Notes: a model not told the origin generated them from the sequence alone. Counted from the first letter of the stretch, positions 1 through 10,355 are shown. The stretch is 64,000 nt of DNA from Reclinomonas americana ATCC 50394 (GCA_048213135.1 PS015010.1:186001-250000); one strand, 5' to 3'. Numbers and translations are program-made.

Positions 1-805
1 AGCACTTACCACTGCTAATGTGAATGTAGGCCCGCTGACGGGCTATACTTTCGCTACAACAGCAAACGGCACTTACGCTGCATCACTGAGTATTACACAA
101 CCCGGCGGTCCATTCAGCCAGATCATTTACGTTAAGTTTACACCAACCGCGATACAAGCCTATAATGGTAACATCGCTGTAAATGGTGGCGGCGCACCTG
201 TATCAACCAGTGTTGCCGCTTCAGGCTCAGGTGTGAATACAGCCCCAACAGCTGTTACCGGTAACGCTACTGTTCTTTCTCCGAATGCCGCAACACTCGC
301 CGGCAGCATCACTGCAAATGGTTGTACAGCCGTTACCGCTTACGGTATCGAGTACTACACCATACAAGGTCTTGCGAATGGACTGGGTACCAAAGTACCT
401 GCCACCAACCTGAATGGTGTTGACTTCAGCACTACCATCAGCGGACTGGTACAGGGAGCGATCTACTACTACAAAGCTTACGCTACAAACGCCGGTGGTA
501 CCTCTTACGGTGCGGAAAAAACATTCACCACCACCAGCATACCGGGCGGATTGGTGATCTATTCCAACCCCGTTAACCGTAATGGCGTTCTGCACTTTAC
601 GCTGAGGGATATTAAACCTGGTCACTACGTTGTTCAGATCATTGGCAGCAATGGCCAGCTGGTACATACGGAAGACCTGATTGTACCAACTACCTTCATC
701 GACTATAACATGCAACTGCCGGGCAAACTGGCCGCAGGCCGTTATGCACTGAGAATTGGAATGTTGAACTGGACAGTACAGAAATCATTTATGATCATGC
801 ACTAA
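1..805 (+). CDS. T9SS type A sorting domain-containing protein, C-terminal part (5' end outside window)
   Basis: Frame is open from the window edge. Thr/Ala/Gly-rich beta-sandwich sequence with an Fn3-like segment (YYYKAYATNAGGTSYG) and a type A CTD-like tail (LVIYSNPV...LAAGRYALRI...KSFMIMH). Confidence 0.8.
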   Translation, partial: ALTTANVNVGPLTGYTFATTANGTYAASLSITQPGGPFSQIIYVKFTPTAIQAYNGNIAVNGGGAPVSTSVAASGSGVNTAPTAVTGNATVLSPNAATLAGSITANGCTAVTAYGIEYYTIQGLANGLGTKVPATNLNGVDFSTTISGLVQGAIYYYKAYATNAGGTSYGAEKTFTTTSIPGGLVIYSNPVNRNGVLHFTLRDIKPGHYVVQIIGSNGQLVHTEDLIVPTTFIDYNMQLPGKLAAGRYALRIGMLNWTVQKSFMIMH

Positions 806-824
806 TCGTCTGGGTACAATAAAT

Positions 825-859
825 AAAAAGAAGTCTCCACTACGGAGACTTCTTTTTTT
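825..859. terminator. Rho-independent terminator, probably bidirectional
   Basis: aaaaagaagtctcc-actac-ggagacttcttttttt, a 14-bp stem with A and T tracts between convergent genes. Confidence 0.85.
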
Positions 860-1032
860 GTGTATAAGCTTGAAGCAATTATTGGGTAGTAGAGGATGGA
901 GTTGAGGAATGATAAACAGAGGAAATACCATGCCGACCTGGTGGCTTTATAAAAGCGTTCGATCCCGCCTTCGAACAAGGGCAAGCTGTCACTAAAGTTG
1001 GGCTAATCCTTTTATCATACTTGAAAAGTATT

Positions 1033-2907
1033 TTACCTGATTATGAGCACCGTTCCCTGCTGGGATTGATTGGGTCTTCCGTTAAGTGTGTAAGTCGCAA
1101 ACCAGGTGAAGGCGCCGGTATTGTATTTCTTCCCTTTCAGCGTGCCGGCCCATTTTACAGCAGGATTGGTAGTAGCGAAGATCAGCTGCCCCCAGCGGTC
1201 AAAAATTTTGAACTGATAATTTGTCACCGCGGCGGTATTACCGGCTGCGCCAAAAAAATCATTGCGCCCGTCATCGTTGGGTGTGAAAGCGGCAGGGAAA
1301 TAAATATCGCCGCAATCGGCAGACAATACCACGCTGGCCGAGCCAATGCATCCGTCACTATCGGTAACGCGTACACTATAAGTACCTGCCTGTGTAACAT
1401 TGTATACCGGTGTAATGCTGTTGTCCTGCCACAGGTACGAAGAAAACGCACCCGGGTTGAGGATGAGCGTTTGCCCGGGACAGAAAGAACGGTTATTGCC
1501 CAGCGTAACCTGCACAGGCCTGGTAACGCGTATAATATCCAGGGGAGGCGTTGTTGCGGAGCAGTTATTCTGATCTTTTACGGTAAGCGTGTATTGCCCG
1601 ACAGGCAGGTTACTGATGCTGCTGCCGGTGCCGCCATTTGACCAATTGTATTGGTATAAAGGAGTTCCCCCGGTTACGCTGGCGCTGATGCTGCCATTCG
1701 TATTGTTGCAGACCGGGTTGGCTATAAGTGTGGTAATAACAATAGGACCGGGTTCCTGCAGGGTGAAATTATCCATAGCCAGGCAGGAAGAAGTAGCGGT
1801 GCTCACCGTAACAATATAAGTCCCTGCAGCAAGACCTGTAATGTTTGGCGTATGCTGAACCGGTGTTGTATTCCAGGTATATTGATAGGGACTGGCACTG
1901 CCGCTGGCGTTAACGGAAAGCGCCCCATTGGTGCCCCCGTTGCAGGATATGGCCTGGTCCAGTACAATACGGGCATTCAGTACCTCAACCGTTTGAACAA
2001 TGGTGGAAGGCGGGCCAGAAGGATAAGTAATGACCAGCGTTACGGTATAGGTTCCTGAATTGGAGAACTGGTGAGAAGGATTAGGATCTGTTGAGGTATT
2101 GGAACCCGATGCCGGGTCACCAAAAGTCCAGGCATAGCCACTTGGGCAGGTGGGGACCGTACTGATAAAAGAAAGCGTATTGTTGGCACCACAGGTATAG
2201 GTGAAACCGGCCGGTCCGCCGGGTGTGGCTTCGGATATCCTGATATCATCTATGGCAAAACCATCGTAAGCATTGCAGGTAGTACCGGCACCAAAGCGGA
2301 AACGGAAAATTACGGAAGCCTGGCCCGCAAGTGATTCCATTTCATGCTGCGCCGTAACCCATCTGCCGCTGCCGTTGCCGCCCTGGCACGATCCGCTGGT
2401 GGGATGAATACTGCCACTCCAGCCTGCGCTGCCACCCAGGTAGGTAATGCCCGTACTGTTGTACCAGTTGGAAGAAGTGCAGGGACCTTCGCCTGCTGCA
2501 CCAAGAGATAACCAGTTGGCGCCGCCATTAGTAGAATATTGAAGATCGGCCCCGTCAAACCTTCTTTCTGTTTCCCAGAAAACGGAAAAGCTGATCTGTG
2601 GGTGAGCCAGCGAGGAAAAATCGAAACAGGGACTTTGCAACCAGGAGTTCTCGCCATTGTTGTAGGAGCTGCCTGTGAGTCCGCCGGTAACCCAGCTCCG
2701 GGTACCTGATGCGGCACCAGTGATCACCGGTTTGGCGGGAACACCCCAGGCCCAGTCGGAGGAAGTGCCGCCGGTTGTCCATCCGCCATTATTAGCTTCG
2801 AAGTCTTCCGAATAGGGGAAACTGCTGATGGGGGTGGTGCACTGCGCTGTCAGCCGGGTATGGGCTGCAAGCAAGAGGCAAATAATAGTAAGAAATCTCC
2901 ATTTCAT
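1033..2907 (-). CDS. Gliding motility-associated C-terminal domain (T9SS type B CTD) protein with PKD and SprB-like repeats
   Basis: Signal peptide; PKD motif (WTFGDPASGSNTSTDPNPSHQF); SprB-like repeats (CNGGTNG, GGTPLYQYNWSNG); CTD FPAAFTPNDDGRNDFF...IFDRWGQLIF...GTVLIIR. Confidence 0.88.
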   Translation of the reverse strand: MKWRFLTIICLLLAAHTRLTAQCTTPISSFPYSEDFEANNGGWTTGGTSSDWAWGVPAKPVITGAASGTRSWVTGGLTGSSYNNGENSWLQSPCFDFSSLAHPQISFSVFWETERRFDGADLQYSTNGGANWLSLGAAGEGPCTSSNWYNSTGITYLGGSAGWSGSIHPTSGSCQGGNGSGRWVTAQHEMESLAGQASVIFRFRFGAGTTCNAYDGFAIDDIRISEATPGGPAGFTYTCGANNTLSFISTVPTCPSGYAWTFGDPASGSNTSTDPNPSHQFSNSGTYTVTLVITYPSGPPSTIVQTVEVLNARIVLDQAISCNGGTNGALSVNASGSASPYQYTWNTTPVQHTPNITGLAAGTYIVTVSTATSSCLAMDNFTLQEPGPIVITTLIANPVCNNTNGSISASVTGGTPLYQYNWSNGGTGSSISNLPVGQYTLTVKDQNNCSATTPPLDIIRVTRPVQVTLGNNRSFCPGQTLILNPGAFSSYLWQDNSITPVYNVTQAGTYSVRVTDSDGCIGSASVVLSADCGDIYFPAAFTPNDDGRNDFFGAAGNTAAVTNYQFKIFDRWGQLIFATTNPAVKWAGTLKGKKYNTGAFTWFATYTLNGRPNQSQQGTVLIIR

Positions 2908-2988
2908 GTGTTGGAACCGGGATGGGACGCAAATTACGACTTATCGGGCTCATGCTGCCAGTTCGGGGGTATTTTAACCTGATGATAG

Positions 2989-2996
2989 TATATTTG
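2989..2996 (+). promoter_or_regulatory. Bacteroidota -7 promoter box upstream of htpG
   Basis: TATATTTG matches TAnnTTTG, 76 nt before the ATG; no clear -33 TTTG. Confidence 0.5.
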
Positions 2997-3072
2997 CGGC
3001 CCTGATACAGTGCCAGCTTGTCAGCAAATGCCTTGTGGTATTGTGTTTGTAAAGTCATCAAAAAAATAATTT

Positions 3073-4938
3073 ATGCAGAAAGGTAATATCCGTGTACAGA
3101 CAGAAAACATATTCCCCATCATTAAAAAATTTCTCTACAGCGAGCACGACATTTTTATACGTGAGCTGGTGAGCAATGCGGTGGACGCCACCCAAAAACT
3201 GAAAACCCTTTCTTCCCTGGGCGAGGCCAAAGGTGAACTGGGTGAACTGAGGATCGATATTAAACTGGATCCCGCCGCCAAAACACTGACCATCAGTGAT
3301 AAAGGTATCGGCATGACGGCCGACGAGATCGACAAATACCTGAACCAGGTGGCCTTCAGCGGCGCGGAAGAATTCCTGGAAAAATACAAAGGACAGAACG
3401 AGAACAATATCATCGGCCATTTTGGCCTGGGTTTCTATTCCTCTTTTATGGTGAGCGATAAAGTGGAAGTGATCAGCAAAAGTTATAAAGAAGGCGCCAC
3501 CGCCGTTCGCTGGGAATGCGATGGCAGCCCGGAGTTCACGCTGGAAGAAACAACAAAGGAAGAAAGGGGTACCGATATCGTCCTGCACATCAACGACGAA
3601 AGCAAAGAGTTCCTCGGCAGTCACCGCGTGGAAGCGATGCTGCAGAAGTTCTGCCGTTTCTTACCTGTGCCGATCTACTTCCACAATACCGAAGACATTA
3701 AAGAAGTAAAGGAAGGTGAGGAGCAACCGGAAGAAAGATCCATCAACAATCCCGCGCCGGCCTGGACCAAAAAACCGTCGGACCTTACAACCGAAGATTA
3801 CCAGGATTTTTATAAAGAACTCTATCCTTACAGCGAACCGCCTTTATTCTGGATACACCTTAACGTGGATTATCCTTTCAACCTCACAGGCATACTCTAC
3901 TTCCCGAAAATTAAACAGAGTTACGAGATACAGAAAGACAAGATACAATTATACAGCAACCAGGTTTTTGTAACGGATGAAGTGAAGGACATCGTTCCCG
4001 AGTTCCTGATGCTGCTGCATGGTGTGATCGACAGCCCGGATATCCCGCTCAACGTAAGCCGCAGTTACCTGCAGGGCGATCCGAATGTGAAAAAGATCAA
4101 CAGCCACATCACTAAAAAAGTGGCCGACAAACTGGAAGAGATATTCAAAAATGACCGCGCCGCTTTTGAGGAAAAATGGGAGAGCCTCGGTTTATTCGTT
4201 AAGTATGGTATGATGACCGATGACAAGTTCCTGGAAAAAGCGAACAAGTTTCACATCCTGCAGGATACAGTCGACAAAAAATTCTACACGCTTGAAGAAT
4301 ATAAACTGGCGACAGAAACCCTGCAAAAAAATAAGGAAGGCAAACAGGTGATCCTGTACACCACCGACCCGGTACAGCAGGACGCGTACATACAACAAGC
4401 CAATGCGAAAGGGTATAAAGTGGTGAAGCTGGAAACCATCATCGATAATGGGTTCATCAACCAGATGGAAATGAAATGGGAAAAGGTGCAATTCGTTCGT
4501 GTGGACAGTGACATCACCGATAACCTTATCGACAAACAGGAAACCGCGGAAAGTGTATTGAGTAAAGATGATGAAGCCCGATTGAAAGACCTGTTCAGTA
4601 TTCAGCCGCAGGACCTGAACGTGGCGGTAGAGATCAAAGGACTGAGTGCCGATGCGCCGCCGGTGGTAGCCACCAGGCCTGAATTCATGCGCCGGATGAA
4701 AGATATGGCTGCCATGCAGGGTGGTATGGGCGCTTTTTATGCGAATATGCCCGATGAAGTAACACTAACCGTTAACGGCAACCACAGCATCTACAAACAA
4801 ATTCTCGCCAGCGAAGAAAAAGATAAACAGGAAAAACTGGTACACAACCTGGCAGACCTGGCTTTACTGTCGCAGGGCTTACTGAAAGGCAACAGCCTCA
4901 CCAACTTTATTAACAGGAGTGTGGAACTGATGCAGTGA
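3073..4938 (+). CDS. htpG: Molecular chaperone HtpG (Hsp90)
   Basis: IFIRELVSNAVDA, DKGIGM, IGHFGLGFYSSF, LNVSRSYLQ. Confidence 0.98.
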   Translation: MQKGNIRVQTENIFPIIKKFLYSEHDIFIRELVSNAVDATQKLKTLSSLGEAKGELGELRIDIKLDPAAKTLTISDKGIGMTADEIDKYLNQVAFSGAEEFLEKYKGQNENNIIGHFGLGFYSSFMVSDKVEVISKSYKEGATAVRWECDGSPEFTLEETTKEERGTDIVLHINDESKEFLGSHRVEAMLQKFCRFLPVPIYFHNTEDIKEVKEGEEQPEERSINNPAPAWTKKPSDLTTEDYQDFYKELYPYSEPPLFWIHLNVDYPFNLTGILYFPKIKQSYEIQKDKIQLYSNQVFVTDEVKDIVPEFLMLLHGVIDSPDIPLNVSRSYLQGDPNVKKINSHITKKVADKLEEIFKNDRAAFEEKWESLGLFVKYGMMTDDKFLEKANKFHILQDTVDKKFYTLEEYKLATETLQKNKEGKQVILYTTDPVQQDAYIQQANAKGYKVVKLETIIDNGFINQMEMKWEKVQFVRVDSDITDNLIDKQETAESVLSKDDEARLKDLFSIQPQDLNVAVEIKGLSADAPPVVATRPEFMRRMKDMAAMQGGMGAFYANMPDEVTLTVNGNHSIYKQILASEEKDKQEKLVHNLADLALLSQGLLKGNSLTNFINRSVELMQ

Positions 4939-4962
4939 GGAAATAGAAAATGATGATTTTCC

Positions 4963-4998
4963 GCCGGGATTGTTTCACTGCAATTCCGGCTTTTTTTT
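4963..4998 (+). terminator. Rho-independent terminator of htpG
   Basis: gccgggattg-N8-caattccggc followed by T8. Confidence 0.85.
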
Positions 4999-5006
4999 GT
5001 CAATTG

Positions 5007-5687
5007 TTAACGGCCTGAACTGTTCCTTACCAGTATCACCGCTTCGAGGTACTGCATTTTTTTGCAGTGGTACACCTGGCGGAACCCGGCCTTGAGAAAG
5101 ATCTCCTCGTGAAGCGGGTTTACATACATAACCGTGAGCGGTCTTTTATTGACGGCACAACTCTCCATCATATGATGCACGACCTCTTTCATGATCACTT
5201 CATCAAAAGGATTGAAAAGAAAAAAACAGTCCGCGTCAGCGGGGATGCTTGCCTGTCTTGCATCCTCATTGATTACTTCGTATTGAAAGGATGATCTTTT
5301 CGCATGCATATGTTCCAGGTTCTGACGGGCATTGTTACAAAGCGCGGGAGAAAAATCAATGCCTGTTAATTTTGTACAACCCATGCTGGCGGCTACACAG
5401 AGGGCCCTGCCGCGGCCACAGCCAATATCCATAAAATGCTGTACCGATGTCAGGTTCACCTGTCCGAAAAGTTCTTCCAGTATATCATAGCTCACCGGCA
5501 TATAAATGGTGGCGTGTGTGATGGAGATGCCCTGTGCCGGCAATTTCTTCAACTCATCGGCACCGGTAGTGCGGATATTATATTTCCGTTCGCCTCTTAT
5601 TTCGCTGCGGATGATGAAAAAAGCGATGCGGAGGTTCCAGTTCACCGCGATGTAAAAGAAGTACCGTATGTACGACAGCCATTTCAT
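5007..5687 (-). CDS. Class I SAM-dependent methyltransferase
   Basis: Motif I FMDIGCGRGR, GIDFS, FFLFNPF; start overlaps the recJ stop (ATGA). Confidence 0.85.
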   Translation of the reverse strand: MKWLSYIRYFFYIAVNWNLRIAFFIIRSEIRGERKYNIRTTGADELKKLPAQGISITHATIYMPVSYDILEELFGQVNLTSVQHFMDIGCGRGRALCVAASMGCTKLTGIDFSPALCNNARQNLEHMHAKRSSFQYEVINEDARQASIPADADCFFLFNPFDEVIMKEVVHHMMESCAVNKRPLTVMYVNPLHEEIFLKAGFRQVYHCKKMQYLEAVILVRNSSGR

Positions 5688-7384
5688 GAAGCGGTTCTTA
5701 TATCAACCAGTTTCAATTGCAGGGATGTGTTGCCATTCCATTCATTCTCATCGAGACTGAATACGATATCTACCGGGCCTGATTGCAACAGCGGGTATTT
5801 GCCGGCCATAAAAAAACCAATACCGGTAAACGTAATATCATCCTGCCGTACCACTACCCGGAGGTGCTGTTCTTTCACGATCTTCGAAAAACCTGTATCC
5901 CTGACATTGCGTACCAGCAGCAGCGGGCGCATATTGCCCGGACCGAAAGGTTCCATCTGGCACATGATATTGTAAAAGCCCATGGTCAGTTCAGGAAAAC
6001 CAACGGTGGCATTGATACTGATCTCGGGGATTAGCAATTCGGGCGGAATGCTGGCGCTCACCACTTCTTCGAACCGTTCTGCAAACAAGGGTACATTTTC
6101 CGGCAGCAGGGAAAGACCAGCCGCTGCAAAATGCCCGCCATAGCCCAGCAGGTGTTCGCGGCAGGCGTGGATGGCTTCATACAGGTTAAAACCCGGAACA
6201 CTCCGGGCGCTGCCCGCAACAATATCGCCGCTGCGGGTAAGTACCACCGTAGGGCGGAAATACGTTTCAATAAGACGGGAAGCTACAATACCTACTACGC
6301 CCTTGTGCCAGTGATCGCGGAACACAACGGTCGTTTTCCTGTCCGCCAGTCCGGGTTCGCTTGCAATGATCTCCAGTGCTTCTTCCGTTATGGTTTTGTC
6401 GGCCTCCTTACGGTCGCTGTTGTCGCTGTGCAACTGTGCGGCCAGCTCAAGCGCTTTTTGTTCATCCTGTTCAATAAAGAGTTGTACCGCTTTGCGGGCA
6501 TCATCCATACGGCCGGCAGCGTTCACCCTCGGGGCAATCACGAAAACGACGGTATTGATGTTGAGTTTCCCGTTCACCCCGCCCAGCTGAATGAGGCTTT
6601 TGATGCCGGGGCAGGGTTTACTGTTGATGAGCTCCAGCCCGTAATAAGCCATGATCCTGTTCTCGCCTGTCATGGGTACAATATCGGCGGCAATGGCCGT
6701 GGCCAGCAGGTCCAGGTAACAGTGATAATGTTCTTCGTCTATCCCAAACTGTTGTGCCAGCGCGGTAATGAGTTTGAAACCCACACCACAGCCGCACAGT
6801 TCTTTGTATGGATAGGGGCAGTCTTCCTGTTTGGCGTTGAGTATGGCTGCTGCGGGAGGAAGTTCGTTGTCGGGCAGGTGATGATCGCAGACAACAAAAT
6901 CAATACCTAACGTTGTCGCGTACCTGATAAGATCGACTGACTTAATTCCGCAGTCGAGAGAAATAATGAGGGTGAAATTATTTTCGCGGGCGAAATCGAT
7001 GCCTGCCTTACTTACACCATAGCCTTCGCGGTAGCGGTGGGGGATATAAAAATCGAGCAGGGTGGGGTCGTATATTTTGCAAAGGAACTGGTACATGCAG
7101 GCGACAGAAGTGGTGCCGTCAACATCATAGTCACCAAATACCAGTATTTTTTCCTGTTGATCAAATGCTTTGCTGATGCGGGTTACAGCTTTGTCCATGT
7201 CCTTCATCAGCCAGGGATCGTGAAGCTGGTCCAGGGAAGGACGGAAGTATTGCCGGGCTTTGTCATAATCATCGATCCCGCGCTGAACAAGTATTGAACA
7301 CAGGTTATGATTGATACCCAGCGCCTGTTGCAGCGCCGTTGTTTTTTGCCGGTCGGCAGGTATGATGTTCCATCTTTTTTCCAT
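5684..7384 (-). CDS. recJ: Single-stranded-DNA-specific exonuclease RecJ
   Basis: GDYDVDG, DCG, DHH, PRVNAAGR, GSARS, GGHFAAAG, EPFGPGN. Confidence 0.97.
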   Translation of the reverse strand: MEKRWNIIPADRQKTTALQQALGINHNLCSILVQRGIDDYDKARQYFRPSLDQLHDPWLMKDMDKAVTRISKAFDQQEKILVFGDYDVDGTTSVACMYQFLCKIYDPTLLDFYIPHRYREGYGVSKAGIDFARENNFTLIISLDCGIKSVDLIRYATTLGIDFVVCDHHLPDNELPPAAAILNAKQEDCPYPYKELCGCGVGFKLITALAQQFGIDEEHYHCYLDLLATAIAADIVPMTGENRIMAYYGLELINSKPCPGIKSLIQLGGVNGKLNINTVVFVIAPRVNAAGRMDDARKAVQLFIEQDEQKALELAAQLHSDNSDRKEADKTITEEALEIIASEPGLADRKTTVVFRDHWHKGVVGIVASRLIETYFRPTVVLTRSGDIVAGSARSVPGFNLYEAIHACREHLLGYGGHFAAAGLSLLPENVPLFAERFEEVVSASIPPELLIPEISINATVGFPELTMGFYNIMCQMEPFGPGNMRPLLLVRNVRDTGFSKIVKEQHLRVVVRQDDITFTGIGFFMAGKYPLLQSGPVDIVFSLDENEWNGNTSLQLKLVDIRTAS

Positions 7385-7398
7385 GACACACTTTTGCC

Positions 7399-8360
7399 TT
7401 AGTACTTTCTGTCGGTGGTGTAGCGGACCAGTTCTTCCAGTGCTTTGCGGACAGGGTTGTCGGGAAAACGATGCAGGATATCCAGCGCTTCGTCGCGGTA
7501 AGCCATCATTTTTTCCGTTGCATAGGCAATGCCGCCCGCCTCCTGTACCGTATCGATCACGAACTGTACTTTTTCAGGCACTTTATTCTCGTTTTTGAGA
7601 ATATAAATTAACGCCCTTCTTTTGGAAGCGTCAACTTTATTGAGTGTGTAAATCAACGGCAGTGTGAGTTTTTTTCTTTTATATCGTTGCCGGTGGGTTT
7701 GCCTACATCTTCCTTTCCATAATCGAACAGGTCGTCTTTGATCTGGAAAGCGACGCCAACCTTTTCGCCAAAGTTTTTCATTTGTTCTGTTACCGATTGA
7801 TCGTTGCTGGTACTCCAGGCGCCTACGGCACAGGCGGAAGAAAGGAGGGAGGCGGTTTTGTTGCGGATGATTTCGAAGTAAATATCCTCGCTGAGGTTGA
7901 GCTTACGGGATTTTTCTATTTGAAGAAGTTCGCCTTCGCTCATCTGGCGTACGGCTTCAGAAAGGATATGGAGGTGCTCAAAATCGTTATTGGAAGTGGA
8001 AAGCAGCAGGCCTTTCGACAACAGGTAATCGCCCACCAGTACAGCGATCTTGTTCTTCCAGATGGCGTTGATGGAGAAAAAGCCCCTTCTTTCCATAGAT
8101 TCGTCCACCACATCATCATGCACCAGGGTGGCCGTATGCAGCAGTTCCACCAGGGCGGCAGCCCGGTAGGTGCTTTCATTGACCTCGCCCTGCAGTTTGG
8201 CACTCAGGAATACGAACATGGGCCTCAGCTGCTTGCCTTTACGCTTGATGATGTACTTCATAATGCGGTCGAGCAGCATGGTCTGGCTACGGGCGGCCTC
8301 GGCGAATTTTTTCTCAAATATCCGCAGTTCGTTACCTATCGTGTTGGTTATAAAATCCAT
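7399..8360 (-). pseudogene. ispB: Long-chain polyprenyl diphosphate synthase (IspB/HepT-like), split by a 1-nt frameshift; probably intact in vivo
   Basis: GKQLRP, LVHDDVVD, FQIKDDLFD. Adding one A to the A7 run (T7 at 7669-7675 on +) joins the two ORFs as GNDIKEKKLTLPLIYTL, giving 320 aa. Confidence 0.88.
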
Positions 8361-8575
8361 ATGAAAATGAAAGCAATATAGTGCAGTATCTGCCCCTGTC
8401 AAAGTAAATCATCGGCATATCCGGAAGGGGACCGGTAAAATAATCGGCGATTTTGGATAAAAACTTTAACTTTAATGCAACGAATCTCCTTCAACCTGTG
8501 TCTTAAACCTAGTATAACTGGTTAAAAATTAGCAAACAATAGCCGTTGATAACCTAAATATAAATTAGGAAAAAG

Positions 8576-8606
8576 TTTGATTATTAGGCGTCAATCGATA
8601 TTTTTG
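8576..8606 (+). promoter_or_regulatory. Bacteroidota primary-sigma promoter of the OmpA-like gene
   Basis: TTTG (8576-8579), 19-nt spacer, TATTTTTG (8599-8606). Confidence 0.75.
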
Positions 8607-8664
8607 CATTTAATTAACTCGTATTAACTCGTACACATTCAGAAATTTTCTTAATTATTAAGTT

Positions 8665-10305
8665 ATGGCAAGCAAAAAGTACATTTTTTTAATTGGTATG
8701 CTGTTGCTGGGCGGAGGAGTTTTTGCTCAGGTCGGAGGCAGTGGCAGTGTCTATGATTCGTCTGTTATCCCTGCAAAAAGAATGCAGCAACAGAACGATT
8801 TCTGGGCAGGTACCAATAACTTCCCCGCGAAACCACGCAACATGTGGGAAGTAGGCGCTTCAATCGGTATGTTCACTATCAGTGGCGACGTACCCGTTAG
8901 GCCCTTCACCTTTCCGAATTTTGCAGTACACGTAAGGAAAGCCTTCGGCTATATTTTCTCCCTGCGTTTGCAATACCTGAACGCGACTGGTAAAGGTATG
9001 CAGTACCTGATTTCTCAGAACTACCAGAAGAATTCAGCATGGAACACCAAATACAACGGACCTATCCGTATGCCGGGTGTACCTGACCAAACCGTTGGTA
9101 CCATCGATCCTACCGGCACAAAGCCTTACGACGTGGTGTATTACAACTACAAAACAAAAGTACAGGACCTCGGTCTGCAGGGCATCGTAACCCTCAACAA
9201 CGTACGTTTCCATAAAAGGAAAACCGGCTTTGTGATCTATGGCGGTGCTGGTATCGGCGCGACTCTTTACAAAAGCTACGTAAACGCACTGGATGCTAAC
9301 GGTAATAGTTATGCGCCTCTTTTCAACAGCGTTTATGCCAAATATGGTGCAGGCACCTACAAACAAAGGAAAGACATCCTGAAAGACCTGAAAGCAGGTA
9401 TGGATGATTCCTACGAAACTCCGGCCGAAAGCCAGGGTTCTCGCAGGCCTATACTGGGTAACAATACCCTGAAACCATCTGGTACTGTATTGGCCGGTGT
9501 GGCTTTCAGGCTCGGTAAAAGGATCAACCTGGCACTGGAAGACAGGTGGACTTTCGTAAAAGACGATCTGCTTGACGGTCAGCGCTGGCAGGAACACGCC
9601 TGGGGTGACGCGGTACTTACCCGTGACTTCGATTCTTACAACTATCTGTCACTGGGTCTGAACGTTAACCTGGGTGCTAAATCCGTTGAACCACTCTGGT
9701 GGCTCAACCCGCTGGATTACGCTTACGACGAACTGCGTAACCACCGCTTCGTTAAAATTCCAAAGAACGAATGTCCTGATGCCGACGGTGATGGTGTTTG
9801 CGATCACCTCGACAGGGAACCCAATACACCGGCTGACTGCCCGGTTGATACACACGGTGTAACCAAAGATACCGATGGTGACGGTGTTCCGGATTGTAAG
9901 GATAAACAACTGATCACACCTACAGAATGTCAACCTGTAGATGCTGATGGTGTTGGTAAATGTCCGGAACCGGATTGCTGTAAAAATCCTCCGGTACCGC
10001 CTACACCACCATGTCCTTGCGACTACCCAAGCCTGTCTTTCAAAGGCAACACCACTGCCCTCACCGCTGACAATAAAGCGATGCTGGCTACTGTAGCTGC
10101 TAAACTGAAAGCCAACCCAACCTGTATGATCACCCTGAACGGTTACCCTGAAACTTCCAAAGCTTCTCAGGCTAACTGCCAGAAACGCCTCGACGCGGCT
10201 AAAATGTTCCTTGTTGAAAAAGAAGGTATCAGCGCCGACAGGATCACTACCAACTGCGAAGTAGGTGGAGGTGACAAAAATACAGTTGACGTAAAATGTA
10301 ATTAA
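8665..10305 (+). CDS. OmpA-family outer membrane protein with thrombospondin type 3-like repeats
   Basis: Signal peptide; beta-barrel-like N-terminal part; DADGDGVCD and DTDGDGVPD repeats; degenerate OmpA C-terminal domain (FLVEKEGISADRI). Confidence 0.85.
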   Translation: MASKKYIFLIGMLLLGGGVFAQVGGSGSVYDSSVIPAKRMQQQNDFWAGTNNFPAKPRNMWEVGASIGMFTISGDVPVRPFTFPNFAVHVRKAFGYIFSLRLQYLNATGKGMQYLISQNYQKNSAWNTKYNGPIRMPGVPDQTVGTIDPTGTKPYDVVYYNYKTKVQDLGLQGIVTLNNVRFHKRKTGFVIYGGAGIGATLYKSYVNALDANGNSYAPLFNSVYAKYGAGTYKQRKDILKDLKAGMDDSYETPAESQGSRRPILGNNTLKPSGTVLAGVAFRLGKRINLALEDRWTFVKDDLLDGQRWQEHAWGDAVLTRDFDSYNYLSLGLNVNLGAKSVEPLWWLNPLDYAYDELRNHRFVKIPKNECPDADGDGVCDHLDREPNTPADCPVDTHGVTKDTDGDGVPDCKDKQLITPTECQPVDADGVGKCPEPDCCKNPPVPPTPPCPCDYPSLSFKGNTTALTADNKAMLATVAAKLKANPTCMITLNGYPETSKASQANCQKRLDAAKMFLVEKEGISADRITTNCEVGGGDKNTVDVKCN

Positions 10306-10323
10306 TTCACACTTTTTGCTGAT

Positions 10324-10355
10324 AAAGCCCTCCCCCAACAGGGAGGGCTTTTTTT
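10324..10355 (+). terminator. Rho-independent terminator
   Basis: aaagccctccc-ccaaca-gggagggcttttttt. Confidence 0.9.

Noticed and set aside
957-976. tRNA fragment or attachment site (GTTCGATCCC)
   Set aside because: No T-stem, cloverleaf or CCA; only a 6-bp gttcga/tcgaac hairpin, and no integrase nearby.
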